This document shows positions 7,049 to 15,400 of a stretch of DNA of 33,278 nt, piece by piece. Origin of the DNA: a virus (taxonomy: Duplodnaviria > Caudoviricetes); the IMG/VR virus record IMGVR_UViG_3300005512_000176, positions 1 to 33,278 of that record, one strand, 5' to 3'. Within the stretch, counting starts at the first letter, position 1; every line of letters starts with the position of its first letter. The notes below the pieces were generated by a model. That model was not told the origin of the DNA. It was given only the letters and a program-made list of their open reading frames with translations, and ran no database searches. Made by a program: the position numbers and the translations under genes.

Positions 7049-7058
7049 AGTTATATGA
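6822..7058 (+). CDS. Small conserved-looking phage protein (IQIEKGVPMP...LPFTAMEIGDSF)
   Basis: Motif type common in small phage proteins. GAGGAG upstream. ATGA coupling to the exonuclease. Confidence 0.7.
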   Translation: MTTIQIEKGVPMPNRTHLPELPFTAMEIGDSFVAPVLSSDARSIQALRQRVTRFQKQNPPKKFSVVQDGEQMRVFRVI

Positions 7059-7927
7059 TCGTCACCAACCAGCACAATCTTCCTGAGCCTGTATTCAAGG
7101 CGCTGACGCACAGCGACTACAGTCGAGGATCAAGCAACCGCTCGGTCACTCAGCTCATAGATTCGCCACGGGTTCGCATACTCAGGAAAGAGCACGACGA
7201 CGAGATCTTTGAAGATGCCTCAGACATGTTGTGGTCAGTGCTGGGCACGGCAGTACATCACATGTTTGAGCAACATCAACCAGAGGGGCACATTGTCGAG
7301 GAGCGCCTGTACGCAGAGGTGGATAACTGGGTGATCAGCGGGGCGATTGACGTTCAGCGATCAGAGGACGATGGTTCAGTTACCGTTCTCGACTACAAAT
7401 GCACTTCGGTCTGGTCTGTGATCTATGGCAAGAAGGAGTGGCACAACCAGCTCAATTTCTATGCTTGGCTTGTTGAGCAGTCAAAAGACATTGAAGTGAA
7501 CAAGCTACAGGTCGTTGCGGTACTGCGCGATTGGCAACGCTCCAAGGCCACATTTGAGGAGAATTATCCGAAAGCCCCTTTGGTGATCGTGGATATTCCT
7601 CTTTGGTCTCAACAAGTCAGGGACAAGTATGTGCGTGGCAGAGTCAAGCTCCATCAGGACGCCGAGTTTGAGCGATTGACCGGAGGCAACCTCCCATTGT
7701 GCTCGGACGAAGAGCGCTGGAAAAAGGACAGCTCATTCGCGGTAATGGCAAAAGGCCAGAAGCGTGCCAAGCGCGTCTTTTCTGACCGGCAGTCTGCTGA
7801 AGACTACATTGCTCAGCAGTCAGGCGCGGGACTCAACGTCGAGGAGCGAGTGGGAAAGTGCACTCGTTGCGAGGATAACTGGTGCCGAGTGGCGCAATTC
7901 TGCGATCAATACGGAGAGGAAGTGTGA
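7055..7927 (+). CDS. PD-(D/E)xK exonuclease, Cas4/RecB-like
   Basis: LGTAVH, EERL, ISGAID, LDYKCTS and QLNFYAWL motifs. C-terminal Cys cluster RCEDNWCRVAQFC. Confidence 0.85.
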   Translation: MIVTNQHNLPEPVFKALTHSDYSRGSSNRSVTQLIDSPRVRILRKEHDDEIFEDASDMLWSVLGTAVHHMFEQHQPEGHIVEERLYAEVDNWVISGAIDVQRSEDDGSVTVLDYKCTSVWSVIYGKKEWHNQLNFYAWLVEQSKDIEVNKLQVVAVLRDWQRSKATFEENYPKAPLVIVDIPLWSQQVRDKYVRGRVKLHQDAEFERLTGGNLPLCSDEERWKKDSSFAVMAKGQKRAKRVFSDRQSAEDYIAQQSGAGLNVEERVGKCTRCEDNWCRVAQFCDQYGEEV

Positions 7928-8154
7928 ACGACCCGCTGGGCACTGACCCTGAGTTCTATACGAGAGTGGTCGGCATGATGCAGGCGTCCACGCCTAAACT
8001 GCAAATCACTGTCAATGGAAACCGGCTGTTGTTTTATTTGGCCGACAAGTACATCGGCGAGCTGACAACCGCCGAGTTTTACAAAATGAAACCTAACGAA
8101 GTTTGGAAAGCACTAGGAGTAAGCAATGTCTACAAAAAAGGATACCTCCTCTGA
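7924..8154 (+). CDS. Hypothetical protein
   Basis: GTG start in a GTGA overlap. RBS GGAGAGG. Confidence 0.55.
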   Translation: MNDPLGTDPEFYTRVVGMMQASTPKLQITVNGNRLLFYLADKYIGELTTAEFYKMKPNEVWKALGVSNVYKKGYLL

Positions 8155-8854
8155 CACGTTGCACAGCGCCCTTGTTACCTTGAGAGGCGTTCTGTCTAAC
8201 CCAGAGAAAAATTCAGTCAACCCGCATTTCAAGAGCAAGTATTGCAAGCTCGAAGATCTGATCTCGCACATCAGAGAGCCGCTCTCCGCTCACGGGCTGA
8301 CCTTTGTTCAGAACATCGTGAATGGCGAGAAGTCGATCATGGCTCAAACGATCATCATTCACCACTCTGGCGAAACGATGACGCTAGATGGGCCACATGT
8401 TCTCATTGACAAGTTCACAGCACAGGGCACCGGATCCGCCTGCACCTACGCAAAGCGGTACGGCATCTGTAGTGCTTTTGGTATTGAGTCTGACGAAGAT
8501 GATGACGCCAACGCGGCAGAGGATGGATTCAAAGGGAAGGATACCAAGGCGCCCCCAGCCAAGAAGGCCGCTCCCAAAAAGATAGAAGAGCCAAGTAATG
8601 TTACGCCCATAAAGGCCGGTAGCAATGGCGCGATATCCCCGAGTATTGGTTCGGCAGAAGAGGCCGCTAAGGTCGTGGCGTTCATGAAGGAGACCGTGGA
8701 CACTTTCGCGTCAGGGTCTGAGGGCGAGCTGATTGATTTTTGGAAGCAGAACAAGCAGGTGATTGATCTGCTGGACAGTAACTTTAATGAACACTACGAA
8801 ACACTCAGGTCGCATTTCACTGCGGCCAGATCAAAGCTAAAGGAGGCTAACTGA
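8126..8854 (+). CDS. erf: ERF-family single-strand annealing protein
   Basis: NPHFKSKYCKLED...QGTGSACTYAKRYGICSAFGIESDEDDDAN signature. Confidence 0.9.
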   Translation: MSTKKDTSSDTLHSALVTLRGVLSNPEKNSVNPHFKSKYCKLEDLISHIREPLSAHGLTFVQNIVNGEKSIMAQTIIIHHSGETMTLDGPHVLIDKFTAQGTGSACTYAKRYGICSAFGIESDEDDDANAAEDGFKGKDTKAPPAKKAAPKKIEEPSNVTPIKAGSNGAISPSIGSAEEAAKVVAFMKETVDTFASGSEGELIDFWKQNKQVIDLLDSNFNEHYETLRSHFTAARSKLKEAN

Positions 8855-9159
8855 TGAGCAAGTATCATAAGACCGAAGGGGGCCTCTGGGTCAACTCAGA
8901 GAAAAACAAGGCGAACCACCCAGACCGCACAGGGACGCTCGCTATTTCCCGCGAACAGCTCAAGGGCTTGATTGCTATGGGCAAGAAGGGCGAGCCGGTC
9001 AAGATTAAGATTGCGGCGTGGGACAGAAAAGCACAGGACACCGGACAGCCATACCAGTATGTAACAGGTGAGGTTTACTGGGATGGCGAGGAAGCCGCGC
9101 CCCCGCCCCCACCCAAGCCGCAACCAGTCCTGTATGAAGAGGATGACATTCCGTTTTGA
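8854..9159 (+). CDS. Single-stranded DNA-binding protein (phage type)
   Basis: HPDRTG...IAAW core, Pro-rich linker and acidic EEDDIPF tail. Lies directly after ERF. Confidence 0.75.
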   Translation: MSKYHKTEGGLWVNSEKNKANHPDRTGTLAISREQLKGLIAMGKKGEPVKIKIAAWDRKAQDTGQPYQYVTGEVYWDGEEAAPPPPPKPQPVLYEEDDIPF

Positions 9160-9479
9160 TTCGCTCCAAGAAACTGCTCGACGCGGCCAAGGATCAAGCG
9201 TGCCTCAACTGCGGTGCCAGAGATGGGACTGTGGTTGCGGCGCACTACACCGGCTTGCGGAGCCATCTGCTGGGCAAGGGGACCGGACACAAGCCTCATG
9301 ACTTGTGCATCGCCGACCTTTGTCATAGGTGCCACCACAAGTTTGATGTGGCGTTTGATGGCTCATCTTTCGACAAGAAGATCGACCTGAGCGAGCAGTT
9401 TTTATTCCTGATTATTCAGACAATAATCAGAAGGATCGACCAAGGCGTTATCGTAATCAAGGGAGATAAAAATGCCTGA
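9156..9479 (+). CDS. DUF1364-like Zn-binding/HNH-like nuclease
   Basis: RSKKLLDAAKDQACLNCG...VVAAHY...GKGTGHK...LCHRCH. Confidence 0.8.
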   Translation: MIRSKKLLDAAKDQACLNCGARDGTVVAAHYTGLRSHLLGKGTGHKPHDLCIADLCHRCHHKFDVAFDGSSFDKKIDLSEQFLFLIIQTIIRRIDQGVIVIKGDKNA

Positions 9480-9663
9480 GCACAACCCTATTGTGAGACT
9501 AAGGTCTCACCCAACCAGAAAGAAGGCGATTGATGCCATGTGCGCCCACTGCATGGGGTGCACTGATGACCACATGGAGTCAGGGTTCAAGCGCCTGATT
9601 AGAGAGTGCACGTCATACAAGTGCCCCCTTTACCAGTACCGTCCATTCCAAGCCAAGGAGTAG
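9472..9663 (+). CDS. Small Cys-rich protein
   Basis: KAIDAMCAHCMGC...IRECTSYKCPLYQYRP. RBS GGGAG. Confidence 0.7.
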   Translation: MPEHNPIVRLRSHPTRKKAIDAMCAHCMGCTDDHMESGFKRLIRECTSYKCPLYQYRPFQAKE

Positions 9664-9667
9664 AAAA

Positions 9668-10090
9668 ATGCAGTTGCACATACCGCGCAATAAATCCATC
9701 CAACTGATGAATGTATTTCAGTTCCTGTCTTCTGCTTTTCCCGATGCGGTTCGTGATCTGATTGACACCAACAAACAGGCGCCCCACGGCGTCACCATTG
9801 AAATTAAGCCACTGCGTAGCACCAGAACGCGCCCTCAAGAGAATTACTACCGGAAGCAGTGCGCTGAGTTCGCCCGATTCTGCGGTATGACGCCCGACGA
9901 GATGCACGAAGAAATGCTGTGCCAGTGCTACGGATCCACTGAGCATGCGACCAAGTTTGGCATGCGAAGGAGGCCGGCAAAGCGGAGCGGGGACGCCAGT
10001 AGAGGTGACTATTCAGATTTAATTGAAACGCTTTGTCGTGTAGCCGCAGAAATTGGCTATTACATACCGCCTGCGGAGGGCGATAGATGA
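9668..10090 (+). CDS. NinB/Orf-like recombination accessory protein
   Basis: RTRPQENYY...TPDEMHEEM...YSDLIE pattern, in a recombination-module context. Confidence 0.6.
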   Translation: MQLHIPRNKSIQLMNVFQFLSSAFPDAVRDLIDTNKQAPHGVTIEIKPLRSTRTRPQENYYRKQCAEFARFCGMTPDEMHEEMLCQCYGSTEHATKFGMRRRPAKRSGDASRGDYSDLIETLCRVAAEIGYYIPPAEGDR

Positions 10091-10317
10091 CCAAGATTAA
10101 GGTGGAGCTAGAGGGCGAAGCCTACGCAGACGTGCTTACGTCCATGAACAATTTTACTCAGGACATTTTAGACAGAATAGAGGAGATCGAGGCGTCGCTG
10201 GACCGCATAGCCTCTATTGCTGGCGCTAACGCAGACACACTGGATGTCCTGAGGGATGCCATGCGAAGGTTGAACAAGGCGAAAGAGTCGCTTGATGCAG
10301 ATGAGATCTCAGACTGA
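10087..10317 (+). CDS. Small coiled-coil protein
   Basis: ATGA overlap. RBS GGAGG. Heptad pattern. Confidence 0.6.
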   Translation: MTKIKVELEGEAYADVLTSMNNFTQDILDRIEEIEASLDRIASIAGANADTLDVLRDAMRRLNKAKESLDADEISD

Positions 10318-10816
10318 AGCCTTTTACACTGGGTCAAGGTTCAACCGCCACACGATATGCGAGAACGGAGAAGGCCAGATCGCCGGCAGGTTCGGGGAGG
10401 CTGAATTTGCCAAGCTACTTTGCCTTCATTCGCCCAGCTTCTCATGGATGGGTGGGCAAGCCGGCCCTGTAGACTTTATCGTTCGCCTGAATGACAGCAA
10501 GTCGGTCACTGTAGATGTAAAGACTAAGCGTCGAACAGTAACAGCCAAGCCATACTACGACGCCCACGTCACGCTTAGTCAAAAAGATTATGATGTAGAC
10601 GTTTATGTTTTTGCCAGCATGAATGAGCGAGACAGCAACAGCATTGAGCTACTGTCTTGGTGTACAAAGCGATGGTTCTGGGAAAACGCAAGGATTGTGT
10701 CTGCTGGCGACCTAGATAAAGACGGCTACACAGAAGAGGCCGATGCCGGCAAGGTAAAATACTCCGAGATGATGCCGATGAATCAGCTATGGGAGCGATT
10801 TGAGGGCTACCTGTAG
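10295..10816 (+). CDS. PD-(D/E)xK restriction-endonuclease-fold protein
   Basis: GRFGEAEF...VDFIV...TVDVKTK...DVYVF. Confidence 0.65.
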   Translation: MQMRSQTEAFYTGSRFNRHTICENGEGQIAGRFGEAEFAKLLCLHSPSFSWMGGQAGPVDFIVRLNDSKSVTVDVKTKRRTVTAKPYYDAHVTLSQKDYDVDVYVFASMNERDSNSIELLSWCTKRWFWENARIVSAGDLDKDGYTEEADAGKVKYSEMMPMNQLWERFEGYL

Positions 10817-10826
10817 GGATGACTTG

Positions 10827-10848
10827 TTGTAACTAAATTTAGTTACAA
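10827..10848. repeat. Perfect 22-bp palindrome
   Basis: TTGTAACTAAA|TTTAGTTACAA, intergenic. Confidence 0.9.
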
Positions 10849-10864
10849 GGCTGGAGAGTTGCTT

Positions 10865-11032
10865 ATGAGACACTGCTATAGATGTAATAAGTCGGGCGTC
10901 CCAATCAAGGATGCCTTGTGCGAAAGATGTAAAGAGGAGATGCTGAGGGAATTAACCTGCGCCGAATGGCTGGTTCCGTTTGTGGTGGTGCTTTTAATGT
11001 CTGGCGCGGCGTTTCTTCTTTCTAGTGTATGA
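10865..11032 (+). CDS. 55-aa Zn-finger plus transmembrane microprotein, not in the ORF track
   Basis: MRHCYRCNKSGVPIKDALCERCKEEMLRELTCAEWLVPFVVVLLMSGAAFLLSSV. GGAGAG upstream. The stop overlaps the convergent gene. Confidence 0.6.
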   Translation: MRHCYRCNKSGVPIKDALCERCKEEMLRELTCAEWLVPFVVVLLMSGAAFLLSSV

Positions 11033-11291
11033 CCTCGTCTTCGGCGCCCGTCAACTCGTAGATACAAGCTAAGTGGACCGCCGAGGCCATCATGCCGACA
11101 TCCAGCACGTTGGCATGGCCGCTACACTCAAAGGTGACGCTACCGTCTTTTAGTCGGTAGACAATGATCGCACTGTGAAGGTTTGATGCAAGTCCGTCAT
11201 CATCATCACCAAGCCTTTCTGCAAAAGCCTCCGCCATTTCCTGCGCCGACTCCCACGCAGTGGGGCGTTTAAAATCAAGAACTTTTGTCAT
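11022..11291 (-). CDS. Hypothetical protein, last gene of the late operon
   Basis: Overlaps the phosphoesterase stop. GAGG upstream. Confidence 0.6.
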   Translation of the reverse strand: MTKVLDFKRPTAWESAQEMAEAFAERLGDDDDGLASNLHSAIIVYRLKDGSVTFECSGHANVLDVGMMASAVHLACIYELTGAEDEVIH

Positions 11292-12438
11292 GCCTTGGCC
11301 TCACTGTTACTCGGTGGACTTCTCCCTCTGACTTGTCATAGGTAATGATCTTAGCACCACGCTGGCTGACATAGCCATTGGAGCTTGCATAATTATCTCT
11401 GGCAGACAGGGTTGGATGCTGTTCCACGGTACACCCAGCATCATCCAGAACCCGCTCATGATGCAGGTGGCCGCAGTGTAAATACGCATGATCCGAGGCG
11501 CCCCACATCTCCCTGAACCTTGGCTCGGAGGCAAACAGCTTTTGCAGTTGCGCCATACGCAACTTGTGGCCGTGGTGGAAGCCAAGCATGATCTTGCCAT
11601 GCAAGTAGGCGTAATAGGGAAACTCGTTGTCAATCACTTCGACACGCGGCTCATCCTGAAACCTATGCTTGAGAAACTTACGCATCCAAACGCTGGACGC
11701 CAAATCGTGATTGCCTTCGGCCTGAACCACTACCACGCGCTGATACTTTTTCAGCATCAGATGCACGGCTTCGGTCATTACATTGATGCTAAGCTCAACA
11801 AGTTTGGAATAGCGGTCGTCCCCGGTAAGGTGATGCCCGGAGGTGGGCGTAACCTGAACAAGTCCGTCCCAGTGGAGAAAGTCGCCAAGCTGGTTAAGAA
11901 TGCCGACTTCAGAGTTGGGCGATGCCTTTAACATGTCATGCACAGAGTTCATGAACACGTCTCTAGCAATCGTTACGTCCCAGTCGTCACCATCAGAAGC
12001 TCGCCACGCCTTCATGCCGAGATGAAAATCAGTGATGGTCAAGAGAGAGGCGAGATCTGAATCGGACTGCTTTGGAGGCTTGGCAGGTTTGAACTTCGGG
12101 AGCGCAGTTGCCGCATCTTCAACGGCCTTGAGCAGGGCCTCTACCCTTTGCTGTTCGTCGGCGGCAGACTTAACCCACTGGCCGGTCGGCTTGCCGTCTT
12201 CGTTGTAGTAGGTGGATACGCCCTTAATCTTGTACCCTTCGGGCACAACATGCGTCATATCGTGGTCTGGGCTGTAACCTCGCCTCGCCGCGTTTGCCTT
12301 AATACGGGTTACGGTGCGGTAGATATTACGCTCTCCGATGCCCAGCTTATGAGCCGCCTCTTTTTTTGTGAGGCCGCTGTCCAGCAGGGCCGCGACCTCA
12401 GCCTGAGCCTTGCTCTCGGCAAACTTCCCTAACTGCAT
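11275..12438 (-). CDS. HTH plus calcineurin-like metallophosphoesterase
   Basis: N-terminal HTH (TKKEAAHKLGIGERNI). DFH, GDFLH, GNHD, HHGH and GHLHH motifs. Confidence 0.85.
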   Translation of the reverse strand: MQLGKFAESKAQAEVAALLDSGLTKKEAAHKLGIGERNIYRTVTRIKANAARRGYSPDHDMTHVVPEGYKIKGVSTYYNEDGKPTGQWVKSAADEQQRVEALLKAVEDAATALPKFKPAKPPKQSDSDLASLLTITDFHLGMKAWRASDGDDWDVTIARDVFMNSVHDMLKASPNSEVGILNQLGDFLHWDGLVQVTPTSGHHLTGDDRYSKLVELSINVMTEAVHLMLKKYQRVVVVQAEGNHDLASSVWMRKFLKHRFQDEPRVEVIDNEFPYYAYLHGKIMLGFHHGHKLRMAQLQKLFASEPRFREMWGASDHAYLHCGHLHHERVLDDAGCTVEQHPTLSARDNYASSNGYVSQRGAKIITYDKSEGEVHRVTVRPRHDKSS

Positions 12439-12450
12439 TCTATGCCCCCG

Positions 12451-15400
12451 CTAGAATGTGGTTTCTATGAATGGCAGGTCTGCCGCTTCCTTGAGTAGCG
12501 GGATGACCTTGAGGTACTCATTTATTTGAGCGTCTATATCCTCAATCATCTGGCGCTTCAGGTCGCCGTCAATATCCCGCTGGAGTATCAGCGCCTTCTG
12601 CCTTCTGGCGTTATCCAGTTGTGATTTTATGTTATACACTGGCTTTTTCAGTGCCAGCAAGTGCTGTCGAGTGGCAAGATATCGCTCTAACTCCTCGGTT
12701 CTGCCCTCTTTTTTCAGCTTATTCACTGTCGTTGTAACGGTCAGCACTTCTTTGTAAAGATCGTATGCGTCCTGACGCAGTCCGCTACCCTCCGTCTGAG
12801 CAAAGAATCGCTTCGCTATAGGGTAGTCAAACGGCACCCTCCATGACGGCATCTTAGACGCCTCGTCACCCTTGACGGCCTCGGTTCTGGCTATGGCATC
12901 AACAGCGTCCAACACATAACTGCCAATCGTGCCAGTGTATCCATATAAAACATGGTCAACCTTGAGAGGGCTGACGTTAAATGCCTGACCAATAACCTTC
13001 CCCAGCTCCGTAGAGCCAAGCCTGTCTTGCAAGCCGGCAGTGACATTCTGATCCATGTAGTACGGAACAATTTCTCTGCCGGTGAATGAATTGTAGTTAA
13101 GCGCCGCCTCAGCAATCGGGGCAAGCGCCTGTATGCCGAGAGGATTAATCTCAAAGGTGGAGACTATAGCGCGGCGAACTGTGTCAGTCACTTCTGGTCT
13201 TGACTTGTCACCTACAGTTGAGGCAAGCACGGTCTCCGGAATTGTCTTAAAGATCACGCCAACCTCAAACGGAATTGGCAAACGGACTGGGGCGCCCCAT
13301 GACGTGGGAATGATCCAGTTGTTATCCTTAATCTCATCTGACTGCTCCTTGTACTGATCGTCGTCGCTAACCAGCATGTAATACAATCCGGTCAGTCCAG
13401 TCAGTGTGGCGCCGCGCATCAGCATTGAGGCAATAGCGCGGTTTCTGCTTAGGGCCTTGTTAGCTGAATACCCGCCGGTTGCGGCCCGATAGAACACGTC
13501 CAGACCTTGCATTCTTGCATTAAGGAATGGGATGGCCGTGGTGATAACGCGGAACAGCGGGCTGGCCCCTCTGCGTGAAAAGTTAATTACCTCCATTGCC
13601 TGAAACAAGGCTTCAGCCTCATTCCCCGTGCGGGCCAGAACGTCTTTGTAAACCGCCATTCTTGTGGCGGCATCAGATCTTGTGGTGGCATTTCCAAGCG
13701 CATCCCACGTTCTGCCTAGCAAATTGAACGCGGATAGCTGTTTGTTTCTACGCTTCAGCTCTTTGTCAAAGAACTCTTGAATATCCTTCGGGTCGTTGCT
13801 GTAATCATAGCCACCCACCACGCCGGCCCTCTCCAGAGCCTCTGTTGAAGACACCAAACCCTTCAGCGAGTCAACAAGCGGAACGATGTCGGCGCCACTC
13901 GTTACCCAAGCAGAAAGGGTGTCTCGCATCAGGTTTGCAACCATGAAGCCGGGGTCTCTGGTAATCAGCTCTCTCAGCTTGTTAGCTGGCCAGCCCAGAA
14001 CGCGCTGGATCAAACTCATGTTTGCGTCGGCGCCGATAGACATCATGGAGTCAGCAAGCATACTGTCAAACAACTCGACAGTGACGGTGTCTCCCTTAAA
14101 CTTAAAGCTCATGGTCGGGTTGTCTGGAGTCTTGCCTGTCTGCAAGCGCTGAGCCAAGCCCATGCTTAACATGTCTCTAGCGATACGTTGCTGGGCCACG
14201 TTCTTCATGCCCATTTCTATTGCCGCTGACAAGTTAAGGCTAATGGATTCGATTAACCCTACATCTACGCCCTTCTCACTGCCGCGATATCGCTTGAACT
14301 CTGACAGTGAGCGAAGGTTGCTGAATGGCCCTTTGGCTACGCGAGGGGTCGTCTCGTCGCCCTCAGCTTCCCGATAGAATGGGATGTACGCAGAGTCCTT
14401 CCATTGCTCCGCAGTCTCATCGTTAAGAATGCCGGTGGCTCGCAAGAAGTCGATGGTCTTGTTGTTGTATGCCTGCCATACGTCGTACCACTCTTTGACG
14501 GGATTGCGCCCGCTGGAATCTGTCAGGGAGTCAACCTCAGCCTCTATCGCCTGCCTTGTGGCGGCATCTACAGGGCTTAGCTTGCCCTTTTTGTCGAGCC
14601 ATTTTCCTCTTTGCACCATCGCGTAGGTCTGGGCAAGCTGGCTGAGATCGCCGTGATCCTTGGTATACAGGAGAGACATCACCTCAATCAAGCCGCGATA
14701 CTGCCTGCCGTTGTAAGCGAAGTCCTCGACTCTTGTGACGCCATCTCTGTAAACAGGCACCCCGTCCTTGATTGCTGACGCAAGAATCCCCTTGGCTCTG
14801 TCCGCAAAAAGGGCGGCGGCAATGGCGCTGGAGTCTGCCTCAAGCTCACGCAACTCAGGCACTTTCTGATAATACTTTTCCAGTCTGGCGTTCTTGTTGA
14901 TGAAGGCCGTCTTCAATCTGGTGAGGAAATCTTGAATTGGCCCCGTGTCCAGCACATTGTTGTATGTGTCAATAGGGGCTTCAGGTCGAGCGTTCTTTGT
15001 CAACTTGTCAATAGCAGACTTGGCACCCGGAGTTTGAGGCTCGTACTGCTTCCGCGAATACATTTGCTCGCTATCAGGCTCTTGTGCCGCATTGGGATTC
15101 TGGGCAATGTATTGCGCTTCTGGTGACGCCTTGACGCTAAAGCGAGGCACCTGCGTTGGGTTGTCTTGGATAGTCTTGAGATTGTCCTCGGCCACCTTCT
15201 CAGCCTGCGCGGGGCTGATGGTCTGGCGAGGCTCTATCACCTCGGTCTCAATGTTTTTGGTGACCGGCTTCTGCCTGACTTCGGCAACGGACTCATCTGA
15301 TATCAGGGGCTGATTGATGAATGCAACTTTGCCGAGCCTTTTATCGTTGACCCTGAAGCCTATAAAACCTGCGTTGTTTAGCGCGGAGAGCGTGGTGTCC

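Noticed and set aside
7055-7927. Cas4 as part of a CRISPR-Cas system
   Set aside because: It sits with ERF and SSB as an ordinary phage recombination exonuclease. No cas1/cas2 or array is present.
10827-10848. Protelomerase target or dif site
   Set aside because: No protelomerase or tyrosine recombinase gene in the window, no extended inverted flanks, and no match to XerC/XerD arms.
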